61,967 nucleotides of DNA from assembly GCA_963663405.2 (NCBI GenBank), contig CAXXSM010000027.1, positions 1 to 61,967 on the forward strand. The letters are read 5' to 3'. A model generated the notes under the pieces. It was not told where the DNA came from and did not search any database. It saw nothing but the letters and a program-made list of their open reading frames with translations. Below are positions 52,839 through 61,967 of this stretch, one piece after another; the stretch's first letter is position 1, and each line of letters opens with the position of its first letter. The stretch comes from a bacterium (GTDB lineage Bacteria > Hinthialibacterota > Hinthialibacteria > Hinthialibacterales > Hinthialibacteraceae). Position numbers and translations under genes: made by a program.

Positions 52839-54080
52839 GTGATACTATTTTCCTGTATAAAACACCATCCAATAAGTGTGGGAGTGATGGTAATGGAAAT
52901 GAATACGGCTGAAAATATCTCAGATTCCAATGAGTGGTTTGATGATTACGCTATTCCTGATGAGGGATTCCAGATCGATGAATACGATTTGACCGCCGCG
53001 CCGAATGATTTCAATGTGATAACAATCAATAATTTCATTGAATCAGGCGCGATTAAAATACCAGGATTCCAAAGAAACTATGTTTGGGATATTACAAAAG
53101 CTTCAAAACTAATCGAATCATTGATATTAGGATTACCTGTTCCTCAAATATTCCTATATGAAGAAGGAAGGAATAGTTTCTTGGTCATTGACGGTCAACA
53201 ACGGTTAATGTCGATTTACTACTTCATGAAACAACGGTTTCCACGAAAAGAAAAGCGGGCGGAATTAAGAAAGATTTTTGACCGAGAAGGAAAAATTCCA
53301 GATGAGATTTTAAACGATGATGAATATTTTAGTAATTTCAAACTCTCTCTACCTGAACGAGTTCCAAATCAACCAAATCTATTTAAAGATAAAAAATACT
53401 CTACTTTGAATGATTACAAATCACAGTTTGAATTAAGGCCGATACGCAATGTTATTGTAAAACAGAATGTTCCCAAGGATGATAATTCATCGATTTATGA
53501 AATTTTCAATCGGCTGAATACTGGCGGAGTGAATTTAACACCACAAGAAATCCGATCCAGCCTTTTTCACTCCGATTTTTATGAAATGCTTCAACGCATT
53601 AACTTGTCTTCTATATGGCGGGGAATCGTACGCACGCAAGAACCGGATCTTCATATGAAGGATGTTGAGATATTATTGCGTAGCTATGCCATGCTCATCG
53701 ATGGCAATGAATATAAACCATCCTTGATAAAATTCTTGAATCAATTTTCAAAAAAATGTAAAACACATACTCCTGAGCAAAACAAGTATCTTGAAAACTT
53801 GTTTAATTCTTTCCTGACAATATGTGAAGATCTTCCAGAAGGCGTTTTTATTAACAAGCGCAATAAGTTCAACATCGCTCTTTTTGAAGCATTTTTTGCT
53901 GCCGTATGCAGAGAACGGCTTCAGAAACGCGAGATATTAAAAGAATCATTAAACATCGATCAGATCAAGGAATTAGCGGAAGATCCAGAGTTCCTTGCGG
54001 CGTCACAGAGCAACACAACAAGTAAAGCCAATGTGTTAAAACGTTTGGAACGCGCCCATGCTATCGTCGATCCACTATGA
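52839..54080 (+). CDS. DUF262 (ParB/GmrS-like) domain protein
   Basis: IPGFQRNYVW, LIESLILGLPVP, VIDGQQRL, EIFNRLNTGG. Confidence 0.9.
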   Translation: MILFSCIKHHPISVGVMVMEMNTAENISDSNEWFDDYAIPDEGFQIDEYDLTAAPNDFNVITINNFIESGAIKIPGFQRNYVWDITKASKLIESLILGLPVPQIFLYEEGRNSFLVIDGQQRLMSIYYFMKQRFPRKEKRAELRKIFDREGKIPDEILNDDEYFSNFKLSLPERVPNQPNLFKDKKYSTLNDYKSQFELRPIRNVIVKQNVPKDDNSSIYEIFNRLNTGGVNLTPQEIRSSLFHSDFYEMLQRINLSSIWRGIVRTQEPDLHMKDVEILLRSYAMLIDGNEYKPSLIKFLNQFSKKCKTHTPEQNKYLENLFNSFLTICEDLPEGVFINKRNKFNIALFEAFFAAVCRERLQKREILKESLNIDQIKELAEDPEFLAASQSNTTSKANVLKRLERAHAIVDPL

Positions 54081-54092
54081 TGGGGGAACAAG

Positions 54093-54638
54093 ATGGAAAA
54101 AACGGTTGTGGACCGGCTTTATGACGAATATAAAGATCTAGTTTCTTTTCTCGATCGCAATAATGAGATTTCATTTCGTACTCTGGCGGATGCGAATTTC
54201 AGAAAATCGCTCCTTCTCGCGGCGGCTAGTTATTTTGAACATCATCTTACAAGTATATTGAGTGATTTCATTCAAAACGAATCCCCTGAGAATCAGCTTC
54301 TTTTTGAATTTGTCAAGAATAAAGCTATAAGCAGGCAATATCATACTTATTTTTCATGGAATGAAAAAAACGCGAATCAATTCTTCGGGCTTTTTGGTGA
54401 TTCATTCAAAACATACATGAAAGATGAAGTCAAGAACAATGAAGATTTAGACAAATCAATCAAAGCGTTTCTAGAAATTGGACAAGATAGAAATCGGCTT
54501 GTCCACCAGAATTTTGGAACCATTCATTTGGAAAAAACTACAAAAGAAATTTATGAACTCTATCAAGCTGCGCTTAGTTTTTTAGAATCTTTACCTTGTA
54601 AAATGCAGGAATGTATATCTCAATGTAAGAGTGAATAA
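54093..54638 (+). CDS. HEPN domain protein (RiboL-PSP-like)
   Basis: LLAAASYFE and RNRLVH (RxxxxH). Confidence 0.8.
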   Translation: MEKTVVDRLYDEYKDLVSFLDRNNEISFRTLADANFRKSLLLAAASYFEHHLTSILSDFIQNESPENQLLFEFVKNKAISRQYHTYFSWNEKNANQFFGLFGDSFKTYMKDEVKNNEDLDKSIKAFLEIGQDRNRLVHQNFGTIHLEKTTKEIYELYQAALSFLESLPCKMQECISQCKSE

Positions 54639-54664
54639 TTTTTAACTTCATATCGAGGAAAACC

Positions 54665-56026
54665 ATGCGTCCAGTCATCACGATTAAACATGTCCAAGTC
54701 GAATTCGAAGATCATAATTACCGCACGCCACTCAAATTTGGTGGAACCATTACAGATAAAGTCACTCTGCTCAATGCGCAAGTCTGTGTAGCGACTCCTT
54801 CGGGGCAGGAGAAAACCGGATTTGGTTCAATGCCTCTTGGGAATGTCTGGTCGTTTCCTACCCGCGAACATACGTACGACGAAACGCTGCAGGCGATGAA
54901 ACTGCTCGCGCAGGAAATCGGTTCAATCGCAAGCGGCTATGACGAGTATGAACATCCCGTAGGAATTCATCATTCCCTTGAACCGCTCTACCTGGAAGCC
55001 GCCAAAAAAGTGACCACTGATTGTCAATTGAAAGAACCGATTCCCACGCTCTGTACGTTAGTCGTCGCCAGCCCCTTCGACGCCGCCGTTCACGACGCCT
55101 ATGGGAAACTGTTGGGATTGAATTCATACCGTACCTATAGCGCGGATTATATGACGCATGACATCGCATATTACCTCAGCGAAGAATTCAAAGGCGAATA
55201 TCTCGATCGGTATGTGACTCCCGAACCCAAACCAAGAATGCCGCTCTACCATCTCATCGGCGCCGTCGATCCCATCACGGAAGCCGATATTCCAAACCGC
55301 TTGAACGACGGCCTCCCAGAAACGTTATCGGAGTGGATCGAGGCGGATGGATTGACACACCTGAAGATCAAACTGAACGGCGACAATCTGGAGTGGGATG
55401 TAAATCGAGTCGCCCTCATCGATCGCGTCGCGGAAGAAACACAAACCAAACGCGGTGTCTCTAAATGGGTGTACTCCCTCGATTTCAACGAACGCTGCGA
55501 AAACGTAGATTATTTACTCGACTTTTTAGGACAGATCAACGAAAAAGCCCCACGGGCGATGGCGCGCGTCCAATACATCGAACAACCTACAGCGCGGGAT
55601 CTGAAAGCCCATCCGGATAACAAAATGCACAAAGCGGCGGAAATCAAACCAGTCGTCATCGATGAATCGCTGGTCGATTACGAAAGCCTCCTTCTATCCC
55701 GCGAATTGGGCTATTCCGGCGTCGCGCTGAAAGCCTGCAAGGGCCAAAGTCAGGCGCTGTTAATGGGAGCCGCCGCGCAGAAATTCGGCTTGTTCCTTTG
55801 TGTGCAGGATCTGACATGCCCCGGCGCGTCATTTCTGCATTCCGCCGGTCTAGCCTCGCATATACCAACCATCGCCGCCATTGAGGGCAATGGCCGTCAA
55901 TACTGTCCTTCCGCCAACGAGGCTTGGATCGACCAGTTCCCCGGCATTTTTTCTTTGAAAGATGGAACCATTCAAACCGCCTGCTTGAATGGACTGGGAC
56001 TGGGGATTGTCGATCCATCGGATTGA
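54665..56026 (+). CDS. Enolase-superfamily (mandelate racemase-like) enzyme
   Basis: HLKIKL, SLDFNE, YIEQP, VIDES, ALKACKG. Confidence 0.85.
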   Translation: MRPVITIKHVQVEFEDHNYRTPLKFGGTITDKVTLLNAQVCVATPSGQEKTGFGSMPLGNVWSFPTREHTYDETLQAMKLLAQEIGSIASGYDEYEHPVGIHHSLEPLYLEAAKKVTTDCQLKEPIPTLCTLVVASPFDAAVHDAYGKLLGLNSYRTYSADYMTHDIAYYLSEEFKGEYLDRYVTPEPKPRMPLYHLIGAVDPITEADIPNRLNDGLPETLSEWIEADGLTHLKIKLNGDNLEWDVNRVALIDRVAEETQTKRGVSKWVYSLDFNERCENVDYLLDFLGQINEKAPRAMARVQYIEQPTARDLKAHPDNKMHKAAEIKPVVIDESLVDYESLLLSRELGYSGVALKACKGQSQALLMGAAAQKFGLFLCVQDLTCPGASFLHSAGLASHIPTIAAIEGNGRQYCPSANEAWIDQFPGIFSLKDGTIQTACLNGLGLGIVDPSD

Positions 56027-57839
56027 CCGAGCGGTAGATTCACGCATTTGGAGTGGCGCACAGTTGCAAAACAGCGATCGAAGCCTCTGGGAATCCAATC
56101 TGGCCTGTATCCAGGAGATGTATCCAGGCCTGGCGGTTTTATTATGTTCTCTCCCCTCAGCCGGTCATCCAGCTTCATCTTTAGAGGAAGACAAAACAAC
56201 GTTCGATCCCAATCGGGAATTGAATAAAGAATGGCGGCCCAACGCCGGGCTTCATATCGTCGACCGGTTCGCTTCCAACCGCTTAGCGCGCATTCTATTT
56301 GACCGGATCAATCTAGCGGACCTAAAAGAAGATCGGAACCGGCGTCTGTTATTACTCGAAGACCGTCCTCAAATCCTAAGAGACGCCCTTGAACGTGACG
56401 ATTGGAGAAGTCTGATTCACTCCGAGCGATGCCTCTTCGCGGTGGATGTTCCGGAACGCAACGCGTTCATGAAACTTCTCCGGACATACCCTCAATTGAG
56501 CCATACATCTTTCCAAATCTATGCGGGGGATCGTTCCTCCACCCAAGAACGGCGCGCATCGATCCGCCAAGCGCTCACCCAATACCAAAACGCGCTGACC
56601 CGCTCGATTCGTGAATTCATCCATTCCCGGCGCGGCAAACAAGCGCCGCCGTTTCCGAATACGATCCGCTTTTTCTCCGCAGGGCATAACTATCTGCAGG
56701 ACGCCTGCGTACAAGCGTTTCAGAACCTCGGGTATGGAGCGGAACGGTTGAAATGGAAAAATCCCGTTTACCGTTTCGTCCGTTCCACCGCCTGGATCCA
56801 AGCGTTTCGTGAGCGTGATTTCGACACCGCGTTTTTTCTCAATACCACCCCCTCTCTTTTTACGCAAAATAATTATCTCGCCGAGCTGCCTGTCCGTTCC
56901 CTCGTCTGGTTTGTAGACAACCCACGGCGGTATGTATGGCGTTCGCAGGATTTAGCAAATTTAGACGTCATCGGTGTCTTTGACCGAACCTATATCCCTT
57001 ACCTCAAGGAACGGACGAACGCGAAGGTCATCGAGGCGCGCACGGGATACGCCGCGCGATCGTACGAACAACCCATCCCCGAATATCCCGGTGAGTTAGA
57101 TATCGTCTTTGTCGGAGAATTGGGAATACGGAGCGGTCTCGCGCTGGAAGGAGGCTTCCGTAAAATCCAGCCAGAGGTTCTACCCATCGCTAATGAATTG
57201 CTCCACTCGGTCGAGGCCAGTCAATCCCTTCCTTTCACGGATCACGCCGAACAAGTGTTCGCGGAAAAAGAGATCCCCTACCGGGGAGCCCTTGTGGAAT
57301 GGATCGAAAACAAGGCGGCGGCTTTATGGAGACTTCATTTCCTCGAAGCGCTGACGGATACGAACCTGTGCGTTTTCGGCGATGCAGAATGGGGCGATCC
57401 CGCCCGCGCCGGCGCAGTGGCGAATTGCTACGCGGGTAGACGATTGGATTATTACACAGAACTGCCCAGCGTTTACGCGTCCGCGAAAATTAATGTGAAT
57501 ATCTTTCACGTTCAATGCGCCGCCGCTCCGAATCCACGTGTCTATGATGTCCTCGCCTGCGGGGGCTTCCTGCTCACCTTATACAATCCAGGGCTGGAAG
57601 ACGAGTTCGAAATCGGGCGGGATCTTGTTGTCTTTCGCAGCCGCGAAGAACTACGCGAGCAGGCCGCGCATTATCTCGCTCATCCAAAAGAGCGGGAAAA
57701 AATTGCGCGGCGGGGACAAGCCAAGGTGTTTGCAAAATGTGGATACCATGATAGAATGCAGTCCTTCTTGACTGCGATATCGACTCCACTACGGGGAGAT
57801 TTATATGAAAATGAGTTACCGAGACTTTCTCGTTCGTGA
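55989..57839 (+). CDS. CgeB-like glycosyltransferase
   Basis: WFVDNP, DIVFVG, YASAKINVNI, NPRVYDVLACGGFLLT. Confidence 0.8.
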   Translation: MDWDWGLSIHRIDRAVDSRIWSGAQLQNSDRSLWESNLACIQEMYPGLAVLLCSLPSAGHPASSLEEDKTTFDPNRELNKEWRPNAGLHIVDRFASNRLARILFDRINLADLKEDRNRRLLLLEDRPQILRDALERDDWRSLIHSERCLFAVDVPERNAFMKLLRTYPQLSHTSFQIYAGDRSSTQERRASIRQALTQYQNALTRSIREFIHSRRGKQAPPFPNTIRFFSAGHNYLQDACVQAFQNLGYGAERLKWKNPVYRFVRSTAWIQAFRERDFDTAFFLNTTPSLFTQNNYLAELPVRSLVWFVDNPRRYVWRSQDLANLDVIGVFDRTYIPYLKERTNAKVIEARTGYAARSYEQPIPEYPGELDIVFVGELGIRSGLALEGGFRKIQPEVLPIANELLHSVEASQSLPFTDHAEQVFAEKEIPYRGALVEWIENKAAALWRLHFLEALTDTNLCVFGDAEWGDPARAGAVANCYAGRRLDYYTELPSVYASAKINVNIFHVQCAAAPNPRVYDVLACGGFLLTLYNPGLEDEFEIGRDLVVFRSREELREQAAHYLAHPKEREKIARRGQAKVFAKCGYHDRMQSFLTAISTPLRGDLYENELPRLSRS

Positions 57840-57896
57840 ATTCTATCGAAACTCATTTTCATTTGTCTGTGATGATCCAAATCATGAGGAGAAATT

Positions 57897-58769
57897 ATGT
57901 CTATTTTTGTTGATGAAAACACCAAAGTCTTAGTGCAGGGGATTACCGGGAACGAAGGTTCTTTTCACGCGGAACAATGTATGGAGTATGGGACAAAAAT
58001 CGTGGGCGGCGTAACGCCCGGCAAAGGTGGAACCACGCATTTGGGCGTGCCTGTCTTTAATTCTGTTGCGGAAGGCAAAGAAAAAACCGGCGCGAACGCT
58101 TCGATTATCTTTGTCCCGCCTCCCTTCGCGGCCGACGCGGTGATGGAAGCCGCCGGGGCGGAAATCCCTCTCATAATCTGTATCACAGAAGGCATCCCGA
58201 CCTTGGATATGGTCAAAGTAAAAGAATATCTCTCCACCCGCAACAGCCGCATGATCGGCCCGAACTGCCCCGGTATCATCTCGCCGGGAAAATGCAAACT
58301 CGGTATCATGCCCGGCTTTGTTCATCTTCAGGGCTGCGTGGGTGTTGTCTCCCGCAGCGGCACATTGACCTATGAAGCCGTCCAGCAGATTACCGATGTA
58401 AAACTAGGGCAGTCCACTTGTATCGGCATCGGCGGCGACCCTATCGTCGGAACCACCTTCATCGACGCGCTCAAAGCGTTCAAAGACGACGAACAGACCA
58501 AAGGAGTCGTCATGATCGGTGAAATCGGCGGCTCAGCGGAAGAGGAAGCGGCGGAATACATCAAAGCGGAATTGAAGAAACCCGTCGTCGCATTCATCGC
58601 CGGCAAAACCGCCCCTCCAGGAAAACGCATGGGTCACGCCGGAGCGATCATCGCAGGCGGAAAAGGCACAGCGGCGGAAAAAGAAGCGGCCCTGAAAGCC
58701 GCCGGAATCACCGTCTGCGAAAGCCCCGCCGACATCGGCGCCCGCATGATCGAAGCGTTGAGTAAATAA
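57897..58769 (+). CDS. sucD: Succinyl-CoA ligase alpha subunit
   Basis: [38 protein letters not shown]. Confidence 0.97.
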   Translation: MSIFVDENTKVLVQGITGNEGSFHAEQCMEYGTKIVGGVTPGKGGTTHLGVPVFNSVAEGKEKTGANASIIFVPPPFAADAVMEAAGAEIPLIICITEGIPTLDMVKVKEYLSTRNSRMIGPNCPGIISPGKCKLGIMPGFVHLQGCVGVVSRSGTLTYEAVQQITDVKLGQSTCIGIGGDPIVGTTFIDALKAFKDDEQTKGVVMIGEIGGSAEEEAAEYIKAELKKPVVAFIAGKTAPPGKRMGHAGAIIAGGKGTAAEKEAALKAAGITVCESPADIGARMIEALSK

Positions 58770-58772
58770 AAT

Positions 58773-58860
58773 CGTAGGGTGGGTCGCGTCTTTATGACCC
58801 ACCGCTTTGGATTAATCGATTCGGTATTCGGCGCCTCAAAAAAACGCGCCCCATCCTGCA
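58773..58860. repeat. GTAG-type REP-like palindrome
   Basis: CGTAG followed by GGTGGGTC...GACCCACC hairpin, with a degenerate inverted partner ending CCCCATCCTGC. Confidence 0.55.
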
Positions 58861-59030
58861 TACTCTTTCTTCATTTTTTTTATTTGATAATCTCGACTCT
58901 GTTTTCCAGTCCAATCTTTCCACTTATTTTTTTGGAAAAAAATATTGCTATAATACTATTTTTATGTTCATAACGTCCTTTCACCTGAACAGCCGGACGA
59001 GATAAAAAACTTACCATAGGATACTACATC

Positions 59031-60185
59031 GTGCTTCGCATCCTCTCACTCAATTACGAATACCCCCCCATTGGAGGCGGGGGCGGGAACGCTCATCAAC
59101 ATATTCTGAAAGAATTCAGCCTCTTCCCCGATCTGCATGTCACTCTTCTGACGACGACGATGCGCAAAGATCTTGAATGTGAAGAAATCTCATCCCACGT
59201 CCGGATCATCCGGCTTCCGATTGAAAAGAAGGAACTTCTCTATTGGCGCCGTTCGGAAGTGATCCGCTATTTACTCATGCATTATGGATTCCTGAAACAA
59301 CATCTGAAACAATATACGTACGATCTCTGTCACGTTTTTTTCGGTTTTCCATCCGGAATGTTGGCCTATCTCTTCAGGAAACACTTTCCCTATATTGTTT
59401 CTGTGCGGGGTTCGGACGTGCCGGGATATAACAAGCGCTTTTCACTCGATTACTACTTTCTGAAACCGCTGCTAAACCGTGTTTACTCATCCGCCGCGAG
59501 TGTAATCGCCAATAGCCAGGGATTGCAGACTTTGTTCGAAAGTCAATTCCCTTCCCTTCCGGCGGGTGTGATCCCGAATGGAGTGGACACAAAAAGATTC
59601 GCTCCCATTTCCCGCCTCCCTCGTTCAACGATCTCACTCATCACCGTCGCACGGCTCATTCCACGCAAGGGGATCGATCTCCTGATCCAGGCTTGTCAAG
59701 AATTGGAACGGCGGAACATCGATTTTACCTTACACATCGTGGGCGATGGCCCGGAAGAAGACACGCTTAAGAAACTATCCTCTACATTAGGTCTCTCTGG
59801 CCATGTGCAATTTCATGGGCGGATGGAGCGTGGACAGCTGGCCCAGTTGCTGCCCCGATGCGATCTCTTCGTCCTCCCTTCGCACGCGGAAGGGATGTCC
59901 AACGCGGCGTTGGAAGCGATGGCGTGTGGTTTGCCATTGGTATTAACGGACACAGGTGGATCAAAAGAGCTGATTGATGGCAATGGCGAGATTGTACCCA
60001 CCGGCGACCAGGGAGCGTTGACCACTACGCTGCTCCAGTTCCTCTCATATCCCGATGAATTAAAAACGATGGGACTTCAATCCCGCGCCCTCGCGGAACA
60101 GTTTTCCTGGAAACGTGCAGCGGTACAATATCGTGATCTCTACTACAAAACGATCGAGGAGAAATTGAACCTTGGGAATCTATGA
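59031..60185 (+). CDS. Glycosyltransferase family 4
   Basis: EYPPIGGGGG, IPNGVD, RKG, EGMSNAALEAMACG. Confidence 0.9.
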   Translation: MLRILSLNYEYPPIGGGGGNAHQHILKEFSLFPDLHVTLLTTTMRKDLECEEISSHVRIIRLPIEKKELLYWRRSEVIRYLLMHYGFLKQHLKQYTYDLCHVFFGFPSGMLAYLFRKHFPYIVSVRGSDVPGYNKRFSLDYYFLKPLLNRVYSSAASVIANSQGLQTLFESQFPSLPAGVIPNGVDTKRFAPISRLPRSTISLITVARLIPRKGIDLLIQACQELERRNIDFTLHIVGDGPEEDTLKKLSSTLGLSGHVQFHGRMERGQLAQLLPRCDLFVLPSHAEGMSNAALEAMACGLPLVLTDTGGSKELIDGNGEIVPTGDQGALTTTLLQFLSYPDELKTMGLQSRALAEQFSWKRAAVQYRDLYYKTIEEKLNLGNL

Positions 60186-60906
60186 TTGGATCAAACAGCG
60201 TGATAAAGAGATCGCCGATGTGTATAAAGACAGCGATCTCTACTTTTCCCTTTCCCCTACACGCTGGAGTCTCTTCCGCAAGATATACCCGATCATCAAG
60301 AAGAATGTGCGGGGCCGCTGTCTCGACGCGGGCGCCGGGCGGATGGTCTACGGGCCCAAAGTGAAGCCCCTCACGGAAGACTATATCTCCCTGGATTGGT
60401 CCTTCCGGGAAGGCTTGAGCGCTGTCGGTTCGGTGCAAGACATGCCGTGGCGGGATGAAGCGTTCGATTCGATCCTATGTTTCCAAGTTTTAGAGCATGT
60501 GCCCGATCCCGAACGCGCGTTGCGGGAATATTGCCGCGCGCTCAAACCGGGCGGCGTCTTGATTCTGAGCGTTCCTCACCTCGCCTATCTGCATAATGAG
60601 CCCCACGATTATTTCCGGTATACAAAATATGGATTGCGCGTTCTGTTGGAACGAGTAGGTTTTTCAGATGTGGAAGTGATTCCCGCCGGTGGATTGCTCT
60701 CCTTTTTAGGGCACTTTCCATCCATGATTGGCAAAGCGGTTTTTCATCCCATTCCTCTATTGAATCGCTTCGTTGTGCGCCTAAATTCCATTTATGCTAA
60801 ACTGGTGGCGTGGTTGGACGATGGAATCGATCCCCGGAAATTATTCGCGCTCAAGTTTATCGCCATCGCTCGAAAACCTGATTCAATAGAGGAAAAAACA
60901 TCCTGA
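60172..60906 (+). CDS. Class I SAM-dependent methyltransferase
   Basis: LDAGAG, QVLEHVPDP, LKPGG, PHDYFRYT. Confidence 0.88.
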   Translation: MGIYDWIKQRDKEIADVYKDSDLYFSLSPTRWSLFRKIYPIIKKNVRGRCLDAGAGRMVYGPKVKPLTEDYISLDWSFREGLSAVGSVQDMPWRDEAFDSILCFQVLEHVPDPERALREYCRALKPGGVLILSVPHLAYLHNEPHDYFRYTKYGLRVLLERVGFSDVEVIPAGGLLSFLGHFPSMIGKAVFHPIPLLNRFVVRLNSIYAKLVAWLDDGIDPRKLFALKFIAIARKPDSIEEKTS

Positions 60907-61967
60907 TGGAAACAGAATGTATCCCGGAAGAAATAATCCAGGACAATCAACCAACTTCAATCAATGAAGGTTTTCAAAAAAGCTCTTTGGATCGATGGGA
61001 TTTACTCCTCGCGATCTCGCTGGGCTTGCTCGTTTTTGCCGTTCTTCTCACGCAACTCAATGATCCAGGAATCACATGGGACGAAGCCTCTCCCAGCTTT
61101 CCTAACGCAAAAAACCAAGCGGCGTGGATACACTCTCTTTTTTTCTCTCCCCGCTCCGTTCTCATCCGAAACCATCGATGAATATTGGATGAGCTCATCC
61201 GATCATCCATCACTGCCCCGGACGATCGCCGCGCTGTCTTATTTAATCCTGTCTCCTCCATTGGATGAGATGACGGCGCTGCGAATTCCATCAGCGCTGA
61301 AGTTTTCTCTTTTATTGGTTTCAATCTTTTTATTCCTGCGCCTCTTTCTTCCCAAAACAGCCGCGCTGGCGGGCGCGCTTTCGCTGGCGTTGATGCCCCG
61401 CATTTTCGGCCACGCCCATCTCTTCAGTCTGGATATCCCCATCATGGTCTGGTGGTTCTGGACGGCGGGAGCCGCGTTTCTGGTGATGCATGGACGCCTC
61501 CGGCCGATCTGGTTCGGTGTGGTATACGCGCTGACTTTCACTACCAAACTGCATTCCGTCTTTTTACCGTTTCCGCTGCTTGCGTGGGCCGCCGTTCTCA
61601 TCTTCCTGAAGAGCGATTCGAGACACGTTTTAATTCATCGCCTCTGTTGGGCGGTAGGATGGGCGGCTCTATTAACGCCCGTGATCTACATCGGGTTGCA
61701 ACCTTGGTTGTGGCATGACACATGGACCCGCATCTATGAACGATTCATAGACTATGCGGACAAAGCCTCGGACCGCCCCATTCCTTTATACTATTTTGGA
61801 AACCAGTATGGAAAGAACACGCCGTGGCATTATCCCCTTGTGATGTTCGCGTTCACGGTTCCACTCTCCATTTTATTCTTCTTCCTTTGGGGATTCATCA
61901 GCCCATTGTGTTCTACGCTTCGATACAAGATGGAGCAAAACCGCGTCATCATTCTTGAGAATGGAGG
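60906..61967 (+). CDS. ArnT/PMT-like (GT-C) glycosyltransferase, frameshift near 61145, runs off the window
   Basis: GITWDE in the first ORF; the alternative frame continues DHPSLPR...PRIFGHAHLFSLD...PWLW...PWHYP. Confidence 0.75.

Overview
Bacterial chromosomal segment of uncertain lineage. Several single-base frameshifts look like long-read consensus errors. The main signal is a ~2.43 kb mobile element present three times (6874-9300 +, 38598-41025 -, 41703-44132 -). It encodes a tyrosine recombinase split at an A8 -1 frameshift site and an IS91-type Y2/HUH transposase. It makes no target duplication, always sits at R|TT, and its right-end hairpin is completed only when the two ends are joined into a circle, giving an integron attC-like structure. 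The window also holds a 500-codon Sec23/24-type zinc-finger+VWA reading frame of eukaryotic/Asgard type at the left edge, cut off by a MITE-like repeat, an LRR protein with a thioester-like domain, and an animal-FCSK-like fucokinase/guanylyltransferase. Other content: a ~16 kb surface-glycan cluster, tRNA-Lys(CTT), dnaJ, pyrE followed by accessory blocks separated by pyrE 3' fragments (a DDE IS, HigBA-like TA, pilin, DUF262+HEPN), sucD and further glycosyltransferases. All calls come from reading motifs by eye; no database searches were run.
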